A stretch of 64,000 nt of DNA from Eledone cirrhosa. Its lineage: Eukaryota. Below are positions 1 to 15,335 of the stretch, in pieces. How positions within the stretch are numbered: the first letter of the stretch is position 1; every line of letters begins with the position of its first letter. The notes beneath the pieces are model-generated. The model worked only from the letters and a program-made list of their open reading frames with translations, was not told where the DNA came from and made no database searches. The stretch lies in the NCBI GenBank assembly GCA_964016885.1, contig OZ024742.1, positions 214,768,001 through 214,832,000 of the forward strand, given 5' to 3'. A program made the translations under genes and the position numbers.

Positions 1-656
1 AACAGATGAGAGAGTTTACTCAACAAATGGGAGCCAATTAATAAATGTTTTCGTTATTAATGCTTTTTATTCCTAGATGGTCAGCTCTAAGAAACATTTC
101 TGGTATTGAACCCACATAATTATGTTCAGTGAGGAAATCTGAATTAATTACCTATACAGGAATATGCCGAATTACATTCAATGATACAGAACTAATAACA
201 ACTCTGATGATAGCCATATAAATTATTCACTATGCTATTCAGCTTCTACGTAAGAATGAAATAGGTGAAGTAGTCAGAAACATCGCTTTGAAAATATATA
301 GAATATGGAATAAGGGAATTTTCAGAGAATATGATACGCAAAGAAGTTAGTATGTGAATACAGATTTAGTGTTTACAATCTATTTCTTAGCTTCAGGCAT
401 ATGTATATGTTTGCTCTTTAAACGGAATAAATATCGTTGGTATAGACGGAGAGTCGCGACACTGGTATAGAAAAAAGATTGGTTTCAGCGACTTGATATT
501 ATTTGTTCAGGTTGTCTGTGAAAAATAGAACAATACATCTCTTTTGCTACAGGCAGGCCCCGAATTGAATTTTCAATTTTCAATTTTCTATTCTCTTTCC
601 CCTATCATCCACTATATGTTAGGTTTCCACGTAACACTGTTATGTAATTATGTAGA

Positions 657-716
657 GGTTGCCTGATGAGATCGTCCTGCCTTGCAGCATACTTGGATGA
701 TGAAGCCGGGACATCC
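657..716 (+). ncRNA. Degenerate type I hammerhead ribozyme motif
   Basis: CTGATGA at 663-669; 7-bp stem II ATCGTCC/GGATGAT; then GAAGCCGGGA (decayed GAAACCGGTH); partial stem I GGTTG/CATCC; a short (TA)n follows about 70 nt later. Confidence 0.45.
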
Positions 717-1609
717 AAATATATCTAATGATTTCACGGAAGGAACATTTTAAAGCAAATCTTTCCAGTCCGACCTTCAATTAATATATATATATATGAG
801 GACGTTTACTTATATTTAAATGTTTTTTATATGAATGTTTTCATCGCATATTGGTGATGCATATAGGTGATAGAAGCATTCGAATCATAAATCTAGACTG
901 TTAGGTTTCTTTTTTAAATCGTACTAAAATCGATTTATAGTAATTATGCTCCTATTAAAAATTACAAAATACACCGTGAACGGCATACTCCTCCTGTTGG
1001 TTCTAAGTTTACAGCTGCTTCACTCTCTCACCCACCTCATCATCTTCATCGTCAACATTATTATCAATAACTTCGATTTAATCACAAAAGATATGAGTTT
1101 TATTAATTTTTAGAAAATATATCTAATCTAATGATTAAAATAATTATTGCTAATGTATCACAAGTTTTACTACAAACAGATTGTAAGTAATAGTAGTATA
1201 ACAGCCAGCCACCATGTATTTTAATGGGGTTTTGCTGTTACTTGCAAAGTGTTTCCTGATTTATGCAGACATCAGTAATATTTGCGATTCATAACTTGCA
1301 GTCTTAATATTATTATAGTTTTATCTTATTTCCCTCATTCATGTCCAGTTAATATTCGTGATTCATCTTTCCTGTTTTTATAATGATTAGTAGAATATAA
1401 AATATTATTTTAAAAAGATCAATCAAAACGAAATGCAATTAAACATGAAAAAATATAAACGAAAAATATCCCAAATAGTGCATTTTATTTTCTTGTATTT
1501 TAATTTCACTCAGTTCATTTAAGTAGTGGAAAAAGATATACATGATGTTGTGGGTGGTGGGGTATATCAACCTACAAATCAAGTCAAGAAACTAAACTAT
1601 TTCATGGAC

Positions 1610-1730
1610 GGAATGCAGAAATATGTTGCATGCTGTATTCATTTCGTCTCTTTGAGTTCGAATCCTGCTGCGATCATCTTAAACATTATTTGTTTTGAGG
1701 TCCATAAATACATTACCAATTGAGTAGTAG
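1610..1730 (+). mobile_element. Old, diverged tRNA-derived SINE
   Basis: GAGTTCGAATCCTGCTG box-B-like motif followed by a decayed version of the family body seen in younger copies. Confidence 0.4.
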
Positions 1731-3304
1731 GGTTCATTATGTGTCTGTATCAGCTCACCGTCTCTCCTTTCCAGGAGGAATACTGCCCTCGAACGGGATG
1801 GACTTTACGAGGTTTATATAACAATTTCACGCCTATGGATGAATCAAAGGTTTATGTCACAGGGCATGTATTTCAATGGCACAACCGAAAAGAAGTGCAT
1901 CAGACATATATCACATTTGAGAACCAGGCCTATTGACGGCTAACAAAAAACAGATTACAGTATGTCCTATTCCACTACAGAAAAACTTTCATTCATTCCT
2001 TCTCTTCAAAAAAGATATTATAGGATTTACTTTTGCCTCTGATGAGTACATATTGGTAACACTGTCAATTCTCACCTGAAATATACACCAGGGAACTTAG
2101 GTCACACACTAACATTAAATATAAACACAATTCAGACTTTATTAATACAGTTAATACGTTAAGACATTTAGTGCTTTGTTTCGCGTCGTAAATCCCACAC
2201 TTTATTAGTTCAGTACAAATCCAATTATTGATTGAAATTAATTAACTTACCTGTTATCAATTAAAACATTAAAAATAAATAAACACCGTATTATCCAATT
2301 CAATCGTGATCTTACATCATCATTGATATATAACATGAATGATATACACAGGCTTGGTGATGTGCAAGATATCTTTTTCTCTTACCATATACTAACTTTC
2401 GTAAATTTACTCATATTGTTCCTTGTGTGAAACGTAAAATACAGATATAAGATTCTATGGAATCTTGTAACGCAATTCCATTTCTGATACTTCTTCTCTT
2501 AATTTCCTAAATTTAAAACGATTTCTTGCTTTAAAATACATAATTATTATTTGGCCTGATACCCCAACCCCACCCATCATAACCAACGGCAAGTTTACTA
2601 TCTGGAAACATGCCTCTAACGCATTTTATTATATAATTCCTTAGTTATATCTGATCATGATGCAGATACACAATTGCTTCAATGTTCTAATATTAATATT
2701 TCACTTAAATGAGTAACCTGGATGATTATAAGATAAGCTAACTTGCATGATCCATTGTATAAATGCTACAACATGCACAACAGCTGCCAACGATATGCGT
2801 ATGTTTTGCGTTAGTAATGTCTTCAACATGCATATGTAGGGCGCAATCAGGTTGGATAATCGTAATAGTGGGAATTGAATGTCTTGAAGCACCCTTATTA
2901 GAGTTTGCAATGTTGCCATTACTATACAGTTGTTCATTGCGAAAGTGGAAACATACTATGATTTTGAAACTAATATCCGAAGATATAGTCTACTAGAATG
3001 CAAGGAAATACAAAATAACCACGAGGTTAATGTTTACCAACTAATACTTAATATTTGCTAGTAGCAATATCATTTGACATTAGTTGGCATTCATTAATAC
3101 AATAAATGTAAGCCATTTTAGAACCAATTTCGTTTGTGTGTCTTCCCACAATATATTTATCTGAATGTACGCAATAAGTTTAAAAGTGAATGAAAGCGTT
3201 AATATTCGAAATCGTTAATATGGTCATATTATATAAGGGGGCACTAATAACTTAACCAACAAAGGAACGAATTTATGGAGTCTTTACAGCCTGCGCCCGA
3301 ATAT

Positions 3305-3450
3305 GTTGGTGAATCGGCAGAATTGAAAAATCATCGGATAAAATGGTAAACCATTATTTCCTCTAACTCTTTACATTCGTGGTTCAAATCCTGCCGACGC
3401 AGGTTTTGTGTTAACATTCTTTCAGGTTCCATAAACTATACAATCCATTT
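3305..3450 (+). mobile_element. Old, diverged tRNA-derived SINE
   Basis: GAATCGGCAGAATTG...GGTTCAAATCCTGCCGAC resembles the head of the younger SINE copies. Confidence 0.45.
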
Positions 3451-3768
3451 GGTGGAATTGTTAGTGTCAGCAACAATTGCTTTGCTTATTTCAAATCTGG
3501 TTACTGCCTAATTGGGCGGTAGCGCAACACTTTGCCTGCTTTAACCCTAACAACGGGCACTTGTATGTCTTTAGTAGTGTCCACCAAGATGCAGGTATTT
3601 CGGCCATGTGTCTCGTTCTAGAATAGCTTTCCCTAAAGAGAGTTAAGGAGTGGTGAGAAGGATATTTTATTGAAAGAATTTGGGAAAAGTGAATTGCAAA
3701 TCCAATAACTATTGAAGCAAAGATATCCAAACTTAAACGGATTAATACAGGATGTGGTTTTGTACCTA

Positions 3769-3886
<118 letters not shown>

Positions 3887-5647
3887 CCTTAATTGAAAAA
3901 GTTTGATGCGATGAATGTATATGCATTTTCATAAAATTATAGGGTTCTCAGTGCCAAAGGTAGCTGTATACGGCTGAATACTATAACTATAGTAAAACGC
4001 CGGGTTAAGATATAGTCACACATTGAACGGAGAGGGGTAGACAAAGGAAGAAAAAGAGTCTAACAAATAATAGAAGAAAATAATAGAAAAGCTGGAATGA
4101 AATCGATCGACCAGATCTTTTATAGAATTGGTAAATAATAGAGAAAAGATCAAGAAAGTAAACTAATAACAAAAATAGAACTTTATCGTCATGTGCATTC
4201 ATCAGCTTTTTTCTTGACAAACCTCGTCTGTCGCTGGAAACGGAAGAACCATGTATATAAGGCTAGCCCATGCAAAATAACTGATATTTGTCTTGTTCTG
4301 ACTCTGGAATATGGGAACACGAGAGCAATGGGGCACGTCTATACCAATGGGTGGTCGACAGGAAAAGAGACTGTCTGTTATTCTGACGGGAACTGCACTA
4401 ATTGTATCAATATGGTTTAAGCCACCAAACAACTGTCGTATATCTTGTATATTTTGAAGACTAAGTAACAATGCATTTTAAAATATTCTTCTTCTGAACC
4501 TGTGTTAGGACGTCAAAACCGGTGCATCTTACCAGTCACTATAAAAGAAAATAAATTTACCATTACGTTTAAATCTATAAATTAGACAAACTAATTACAA
4601 TTAACAAATTTATAACATAAAAACAATAACTAGATAGTATCCTAGATGGTGTAATTTCCTGTAATTAATCGATTTCTTATTGAGAAATAGCTCGTTATTG
4701 ATAGCTCATTATTGTCCAGGAAGTGATAGAATTAGAGGTCATTGAAAGGTATGACCTCAGGCTGTGAAAGAACGATAAATGGAACGGAGTCAAGTTGAAA
4801 AGATAAAGAAATCATGAAGGGATCTTTCCAGTGTTAACTTCATATCTTGTAAAAGCTTATAAAATCATAAATCAATAATACTTATGACTCAAGTGTCCCG
4901 GGCATTCACTTAATCCTCTTCACAAATACTGTTAGGCTCAAATCCAAAGATTTTGTAACACTCTATAATTTGTTAAATGCTTACATGAATGGATTTTTGG
5001 CAGTAAGGAATTGGCAGGAGTGACTGTCAATTGGGAGATATGTTGAATAATTTGTTTGAATATAGAAGAAATTTGAGAAGAAATTTCAGAAATGAATGTT
5101 ACATTTCTAAGCTATTTGATATGATTTTTATTTTCTTCAGAACACACAGTTTTGGGTAATTAATTTTCTTATAAATAACTATATTGGCAATATTATATTT
5201 GAAATTCCGCCAATGAGACATTCAAGCATGCATGCGTATATACACTAACAGAATTTTGGCAGCTTTCGATTCGAGAAGAACGATACGAATAAAATTATCT
5301 TAGGCATTATTATTTTACTCTTTTCGTGGAGGAATTTAGATTAATTACGTAAAATTTGAATTTAAAACAGATAGATCCTTACAAAAAAATCAATCATATT
5401 TCGAAGTATGAATAATAAGATATTATACACAAAAAGAATAGAGTGTTTGATGCCATGTTCTTCATACCATGTGTTTCATGCCCAAGAGTTATATTTTCAT
5501 GGACAGGCATATTCAATGATTGTCAGTAGATAACACATTTTAAATGAAATGCATTAAAATTCCGCTTCAGATGAAGCGAAAGATATCGATAAGTAGTTTC
5601 TAAAGTCGGTCGTAATTTGCCAGAATGTTAACATCGCTTATAGAGTA

Positions 5648-5649
5648 AG

Positions 5650-5742
<93 letters not shown>

Positions 5743-5796
5743 ATATATATATGAGTGTGTGTGTGTATGTGTGTGTGTATGTGTGTATGTGTGTGT
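5648..5796. repeat. (TA)n(TG)n microsatellite
   Basis: Read directly. Confidence 0.95.
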
Positions 5797-6000
5797 GACT
5801 GTCCGTCTTTCCCTTGTTTCTTCCATTGACTTCCTCGTGTACTTTGAATGTATATAAATATATATATATATTTATTAAAATAACAGATTAAAGTTTAAGC
5901 AAAGAATCGCTGCTTTCACCCTTAACAGGATCTTCTGAAACTAACAAAGTCAATCTGTAAACGCAGAAATGGATATTTAAAAAAACTTTGCAACCGGGTT

Positions 6001-6390
6001 GATTGCCCCCTATCCGGGAAATGCCTCTCTAGTAACATTGTCTACAAATGTAAGGTTGAAACACCCACGTCCCGTAGGACCTACGTAGGGTTAACCGCCA
6101 ATGGATTCAAGCAGTGTCTTTACATGCATACCCATTCTTTTCGTTACTCTCTTAGAAGGAATATGACGTCACTTTCAGCTTATATCTGAAGTCTAAAAGA
6201 CAACCACACCCAATTTAAGTTACACTGGGAGATCCTAGCTAGGGCTAGATCGTATAACGGAAATAAAAGATGAAGTGACCTCTGCGCCGCTGAGGCCCTG
6301 GAAATACTCTACGCCACAGACCACATCTTAAACAAAAAATCTGAGGCAATTTCGGCTTGTAAACATAAATTGCACAAAACTTTCCTGTAT
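6001..6390 (+). pseudogene. GIY-YIG endonuclease domain remnant of a Penelope-like element (two in-frame stops)
   Basis: Manual translation: IVY...YVG motif, CPLxGxC linker, LNKxSE...CxH terminus. Confidence 0.8.
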
Positions 6391-7007
6391 TATAGCCCCA
6401 CATTATACCCTAACGGATAGTACGATCTATACGTGGATTTTTTACGTGTTGATGTGGTAGCTAAGTATATCTTTTGTTTATACCATTACTTATTTGCATA
6501 GGTAAGTATATAGTACCTGTATGTTTTGTGAAGGTACGTATACTTCCTCATACGTATATTTGATTGATTATGTTGTGGCGTATACATTTTTTATATTTTC
6601 TGGTACATATGGTTTGGTTATGTGTATACGGGAGTTTTGCGTCTGCGTGTGTATGCAGGTTCGTACGTATGTAAGATATGTGTATATGTGTACTTCATGT
6701 TTTGGCTGACTTACGTTTTCGAACATTCGTGTATTTACATGTAGGTATGTGGGTGCGCTTGTTATATACGTATTTATTTATTTATATACGTTTATTTAAT
6801 TATTTATTTGTATACACGCACACATACACACACATATTTATATGTGCGTGGTTTTGTATACCTATGGCAAGTATTTTGCGTATGCTTGTGTATATACGTA
6901 TTTGAATAATTGTATGCATTTATTTAATTTCTATTACCCCTGTATTGTATTTATTTACTTTTTTCTTAACTCAGAAGCGGAGATTCATTCGGTTTCCTAG
7001 TTAGAAT

Positions 7008-7280
7008 TTAGTCTACGACTTCAGCTATACCATTTACGTGGTTTTGTCTTTGCGTGCAATTGTTCTCCATGATCCACATATGACGTATTATCTTCGTTTT
7101 TTCCGTTCATTGACAGAGAACGTCTCTATGAACCACCTAAGAGAACATTAGTCTACGACTTCTTTTATACCATAAACGTGGTTCTGTCTTTGCGCGTAAT
7201 TGTTTTTCTTCGCTCCTATTAATGACGTATTATATTCGTTTTTTCCCGTTCTTTGCCAGGGAACGTTTCCACGAACCAAA
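7008..7280. repeat. Diverged tandem duplication, about 140-bp unit, in the 3' region of the Penelope-like element
   Basis: TTAGTCTACGACTTC...TATACCAT...ACGTGGTT...GTCTTTGCG occurs at about 7008 and 7148. Confidence 0.8.
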
Positions 7281-7516
7281 GTATCGTCTTCCTGTCTTCC
7301 TCCGGTTGCAACGTTTTTTGAAATATCCACTTCTGCGTTTACAGATTGACTTTGTTAGTTTCAGAAGATCCCGTTAAGGGTGAAAGCAGCGATTCTTTGC
7401 TTAAACTTTTATCTGTTATTTTAATAAATATTTGCTCTACGGTTCTTATATATTTGATATATATTTATCCTTATCGAGCCCTCTTTGGATTTTAGTCTTC
7501 AAATTTATTATTATTA

Positions 7517-7687
<171 letters not shown>

Positions 7688-7755
7688 TGAAAAGTATAGA
7701 AATTGTTGTAGCAAGAATCCAACAGTATTCCATAATATATATATATATACATATA

Positions 7756-8517
7756 TTTAATACATTAACAGAGAAAGCTTTAAGCAATACTCCGACCGGC
7801 TTCCGTCTCACTCAACAAACATTAGGATATACCTAAGTATAATCCCAATTATACGTTTGGGGTGCTAACTATACGTATTTTGCGGATAGCCAGTTGTATT
7901 ATTTCATATGAGACATAATTAAATACATCTCTCTTTCCAAACGATCGTTTCATTATATGTTTTCTACAAATTGGGAAAATAATGTCCAGGTTATGTAGAA
8001 GCCTACACATAGTCCATAGGAATATATGTAGGTGGATGATCAGTGGATGCCCGACAATATCGATATAGAAAAAACCTTACCGATATTAATATTCAGCGAT
8101 GGTACCCGTCCCCGCCAGAGTGACCGCCAAATTTGAAATTCTAGGAGTCTCACCAAGCGGGAAGGGGAGGTCATCGCAAAACATAAAAGAATAAAATAAT
8201 ATGCACGCAGGTCAATTAATTCTTTCAATAATTTTAACCATGCGTGAAGAACTCAATTGGATATAAAAAAATAAATATATGCATGTATTATTTATACATG
8301 CATATAGGAATTTTCTTAGGCTAAACACAGAGACAGGATACCGGAAAAACAATCAATATTTCATACAAAGAATAAATACAGAAAGTCATACCTAAAAAGT
8401 ATCTGTAAATATTCATCTCTGGCCAAATCAAGAGTATAATGTTTAATACATTAACAGAGAAAGCTTTAAGCAATACTCCGGAGTATTGCTTAAAGCTTTC
8501 TCTGTTAATGTATTAAA
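7756..8517 (-). mobile_element. Small ORF-less element with 38-bp terminal direct repeat, degenerate HHR and fold-back end
   Basis: TTTAATACATTAACAGAGAAAGCTTTAAGCAATACTCC at 7756 and 8442; perfect palindrome 8442-8517; minus-strand CTAATGT...GAAGCCGGTC at 7794-7825; TA-rich flanks. Confidence 0.6.
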
Positions 8518-8754
8518 TATATATACATATATATATATAAAAAATATAGGTGTGACACACGAGTTATGATATATTAGTAAAAAGGAAAAGACAATGCTGA
8601 CAAATTTTTCCTAGTGAAAAATAGTTTAATTAGGAATAAGTGTAAATTAGTAATAAGTATTAGTTAGTATTCAGTTTTAGTTTTAAGTTTTTACCGGTTG
8701 CGCATTACTTATGCTTTTCAAAAACAATTTTGAGATAGAGTGCTCGTGATTTTT

Positions 8755-9870
<1,116 letters not shown>

Positions 9871-11450
9871 GCATAGTACATACAAACATACTTACATACA
9901 CGAATACACATAATAAACCACTCACACATTCATATCCAAACACACACACACTCGTATGTATAAGATAAAATATGTCGATTAGACCATCGCAGATTAATAA
10001 TATGGTAATTGGAAACATGTGGTGTGCATGTACGTGATGCATTTATTTACACTAGGGTCCCTTCTGTATCGGCATTTACACAATGTTCTGCTAAATAAGC
10101 AAATTGAATCCATTAGCACAAAGTAACTGTTCCGACAGAACCAATATTTAATTGACAAATACCTGGATATCACAGAAATTCAATTATATTCCGTTAGGAA
10201 TCGTATGTATAAACGTAAATATAAGGAGTTCCGTAAGTAATTCCTCTTTGTAAAAACATTTATGAGGGAAATATAGGGACATGCTCAAAGAACTGATTGC
10301 TGTGACACTTTCAAAATTAGGGGTGAAATTTCTACAATATTTTATTGCCAGTAATAAAGCTTGTAGAAGATTCCCTGCAGTAAACATGACATGGCATGTG
10401 ATTGCAAGTACGCTTAATGCTGCATAAGCCCTAACTCATCGTCATATATAATTGTTCAGGGCCATAGTACAATAGCAATACATCCATTATCGTATTTCCT
10501 ATGGAAGCCATCTGTCTTACATAAGCACACACTCACACGCACGCAGGCATACACACACGCACAGACGCACGTACTCACACACATACGCCTCCCCACACAC
10601 ACATATACATATATATATATATTAGAATGTGTATGCATGCATGTGTATGTTTTCGTGGTAGTTTTTCGTGGTTTTCCCAAACAATGAAACTGCAATAAAT
10701 TATGTAGGATACAGACGACGTCATTCCTTTCCTCTCAGTGTCCTCTGGAGCTCTATGGACAGTGCCTATATTTAACCAATCCTGTATAACAATAATAAAT
10801 AGATAAATGGATAAATATCAAGAAAAATGTACATAAATGTTTGTATATATATAGTGTGAATGCGTGTGATTTTTTAATGCGGATTTGTGTATATCAGCAA
10901 TAAAGCATTCTTCTTCCTGTTCCAAAAGACAGTTTAATTTTGTGAATTTCATAACACGTGAACAGAGGTTTTTAATTCCCCTCATGGAGATTCTGTTCCC
11001 GAATTTTCTCAAATATTCACACATTCTTGCTGTCTCCATGGAGATATAAGATTAAAAAAAGAGGAGAAACAATTATTTAATAAATACATTAGAGATTATA
11101 CTAAAACATATTGCACACAAATATACCAGCAAACAAACATAATCCAACAATAAACACATGTATAAATATCCTCCCACATATAAACACACACACATGCCCA
11201 CACATATACACACACGCACACACACATACATATATATATATATATTTATGTATAGATATATAGATATATATATGTAGCGTACCAAAATGTTGGTTCCCAT
11301 GAAATATATATAATAAAATAAATATGGTTTTATAAATATCGTTTCCATTCATTAATATCATAGATATTATACTCGAGAAAAACTGTAGAGTGCTCGAATT
11401 TGTTATAAATAAATTTGTTAAATAACCAACAAATTAAATATCTCTCTGCT

Positions 11451-11944
<494 letters not shown>

Positions 11945-12117
11945 GAAAAATTGAACAGGGACAGAACAGAGAGGCAGTACAATAAATGTTTATTAAATTC
12001 ACGCTCAGGAGAGTGGGGGGTAGGTATATATATGTAAGTATGTATGTATACGTACATACATATATGTATACAGACGTATAAGAGTGAGAAATGAAAGTTC
12101 GTTTCATTCTATTTCAA

Positions 12118-12156
<39 letters not shown>

Positions 12157-12862
12157 GTACATATATACATATATACATATACATACACACACACACATAT
12201 ATATAAATATATATATATATATTTTAGTGAGTGCACATGTGTATACATCTTTGTATTAAATTGTATGTGTGTTGTATGGTGTCTTCGTCGTCTGTCATTG
12301 GAACCCCTGGAGACTAACGAGACGCAATATTAATTTGTCATCAAAAAACCTGTGTGTTTGTTTGATTGCTGTCCTAAAAAAACACCTCTCGCATGATTGA
12401 TATGCAGAAACCACAAGAGATATTTCTAGCTTTGTCATGCATTTCTCCTTAATTTATTTATTTAAGAATTATTAATTCGAGCATAATTTCCTGGAAAACA
12501 AATCGAAGCAGTTGTTTGCATTCAAAGCAAAATCAATCTAATAGTGCAGTTAGCAAGCAATACAAAATAAGCAATCAAGTGAATAAAAAAAAATTACACA
12601 AATTGATTCCAACTGAACAAACAATTTACAACTTAAGGATCAACAACGACTGGATTTCGAAATGAATGGGACCAGAGACTATCAAAGGAAATATTAATTA
12701 AATATTTATATTAGGTTCATTTTAATTCTCTTTCTCACAATTATCAGCCATTGTCACACAAAAGGGCTTTCACAAATTTCATAAAAGACCTTAATCTATA
12801 TTCTGTAAAACACCAAATAGGCTTGAATGTTAAATTTAAAAAAAAGGGGCCAAAGGGGAGCG

Positions 12863-12946
<84 letters not shown>

Positions 12947-12948
12947 GT

Positions 12949-13009
<61 letters not shown>

Positions 13010-13030
13010 TACAGACACAGATACACACAG

Positions 13031-13074
<44 letters not shown>

Positions 13075-13330
13075 CTAAGGCGGGTAAAATTCCCGAGATC
13101 CATGGACGAGTTCTCTCCAGCGGTCTCTGTCCCTCATTATCGCTGCCATATCCTGCATCTCCAACAGACCAGTGTCTGTCCTTAGGGCATCAACATATGT
13201 TAACCTTGGTCTTCCTCTTCTAGTGTGTCCATGTAGGGGCTCCCAAAGGAGCACTGAGTGCAATGTCAACTCTGGATGTCGGTGAGCATGTCCAGCCAAC
13301 CTCAATCTCCTCTGTGTCACTTTTGAGCTG
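13075..13330 (-). mobile_element. 3' fragment of an RTE-group LINE embedded in (TA)n
   Basis: RRLRLAGHAHRHPE...[24 protein letters not shown]...MRDRDRW is the typical C-terminus of RTE/RTEX ORFs; microsatellites on both sides. Confidence 0.85.
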
Positions 13331-13419
<89 letters not shown>

Positions 13420-13445
13420 TATACATATACATGTATATATATTTT

Positions 13446-14935
13446 AGTGTGTGTGTGTGTACAGGAAAATGATTCCGTTCGTAGAAATGGGGGAGGGAGT
13501 TATCTGCGTATGTATGCGTCTGTTTGGATGCTTAGCATGTTATGGTGTTAACATAATGTATATTAAACTATATTTAACCCTGGTCTATATTTTTGAATAA
13601 ATTTTGTTGTAAAAAATCACTTCACTTGTTCATCAAAAAATTTACTTCATGCCATTAAATGTAAAGGATGCAATGAAGATTATGTAGGACAAACTAAACT
13701 CACACTCAGAAACAGAATGACAAGTCATCGCCAACAATTACGAGACCCTACCACAAGACAGATACCATTCAGTGCACATCTAGACATATTCGCAAGTAAT
13801 AAGACACCCAAATTCCAAGTATCCCATTTTATCTTTGCGCTGACAATACAACAGAACAAATAGGAATAAATAAGGAAAACATGTTTATTCAAAAATATAG
13901 ACCAACATTAAATATAGTTTAATATACATTATGTTAACACCATAACATGCTAACCATCCAAACAGACACATACATACACACACATAACACCTTCTATATT
14001 CGAAAATAAAAAGGAGAGCTAAATAAATCTTAACATACGTTAATACTCTAGCACCTTAAGATACTAACATGCTACCCCCACACATACATAACTCCCTCCC
14101 CCATTTCTACTAACGGATTTATTTTCCTACACATACACACACACACAATATATATATATATTCTCTCCATCTTATCATGCTAACCATACTCCCACACGCT
14201 CATACACACACACACATATAACCAATAGACACGCACACACACAACTCCCTCCCCCATTTCTACTAATAGAATCATCTTCCTACTCACACTCCAGCACACA
14301 AATAAAAATACATATCTCTACTTTCTTTATTTCAATAGCAAGTCTGAATTTTGACACCCCAGCATATCAGCCTCACTCACTGAACCAGAACAATTCTCCA
14401 CATCCCGTTTTTTCTAGATCGTTATCTTTTGTTTGGCACAACATTCTCTAAATGGCTACAAAATAATTCCAAAATACGGGCGCGAATTTTAATGTATATA
14501 TATATAATTTCATTTATAACCAATCAAATTACATTTATAAAAAAAGACTTCGTGAGCCACTTTTTTTAAGTAATAAGAAATTCAAACACAAACTGGCGCG
14601 AAAGTTGATGTGCTTATTCACGTGACTGCATCAACCAACCAAATTTTACTCATATATGGTAAAACAATCTAAGCCCCCGTTTTTTTAAGGCAAATATAAT
14701 AAGAACTTTGAAACGCGAACTGGCGCGAAATGTATTATACTTATTCACATGACAGTCATCAACCAACCAAATTACTTTTCTAAAAACCTAGCATTTCGAG
14801 CCACTTTTTTCCGTATAAAACAGAAGTAACATTCGAAAACCAACCAGATGCAAGAAAAGCCACAAACCCTCCATCTCAATTCTACTTTTGAAAAGCAGAA
14901 GAACCGCGAAACCGGTAAAGGAACCAAATAAATAT
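13446..14935 (+). mobile_element. 5'-truncated Penelope-like element (Neptune-like GIY-YIG) with inverted 5' segment and 3' HHR
   Basis: 13621-13913 translates FTCSSKNLLHAIKCKGCNEDYVGQTKLTLRNRMTSHRQQ...(frameshift)...KENMFIQKYRPTLN. 13446-13600 is an inverted copy of 13885-13988 plus 14090-14148. HHR at 14885-14920. Confidence 0.8.
14885..14920 (+). ncRNA. Minimal type I hammerhead ribozyme, U3-A8 core variant
   Basis: CTT|TTGAAAA|GCAG aagaa CCGC|GAAA|CCGGT A|AAG: stem I CTT/AAG, palindromic ACCGGT stem III. Confidence 0.55.
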
Positions 14936-15059
14936 ATATATATTTTTAAAATGACTCCAGTTGCAATTTCGTTTCATCTGTTCTCCTTATACTTTCAATC
15001 GTGTAGGACATCTCGTTTTTTTTTCAGTTTGTAAAAAGAAAAAAAATGTTTACTTTCTA

Positions 15060-15107
<48 letters not shown>

Positions 15108-15287
15108 TAAAAATTCCTGATTGAGAGCCGACACTGATGCTTTGTTCTGTTTTTTTTTTTATTTTCCACCACAAAAGGACCAGTGACAAACAAGCTAAAC
15201 CTCTTCAACACTTAGTTTTAAATTGAACATTTTTTATTCTTTTTAATTCTTTTTAATTCTTTTTAATTCTTTTTAATTGTAATATTC

Positions 15288-15335
15288 AATATTTGATAAG
15301 ATGGTTCACACTGATACATCGAAACCGGTTATATT
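15288..15335 (+). ncRNA. Minimal type I hammerhead ribozyme, U3-A8 core variant
   Basis: AATAT|TTGATAA|GATG gtTCAcacTGAta CATC|GAAA|CCGGT T|ATATT: 5-bp stem I, 4+3-bp stem II. Confidence 0.65.

Larger units (their letters stand above)
5870..7430 (+). mobile_element. 5'-truncated Penelope-like element (Naiad-like GIY-YIG C-terminus) with an inverted copy of its 3' end at the 5' junction
   Basis: 6001-6390 translates DCPLSGKCLSSNIVYKCKV...TYVGLTANGFKQ...HTHSF...SLSAYI*SLK...WEILARA...DLC...LNKKSEAISACKH. 5870-5997 is the reverse complement of 7302-7430. Confidence 0.8.

Noticed and set aside
2036-2096. CTGATGA...GAAA possible hammerhead
   Set aside because: Stems II and III and the UH triplet cannot be paired convincingly.
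6187-6273. In-frame TGA codons in the Naiad-like GIY-YIG as possible selenocysteines
   Set aside because: One replaces the conserved Trp of YIW and the other is not at a conserved Cys position. No SECIS was recognised, so ordinary decay is more likely.
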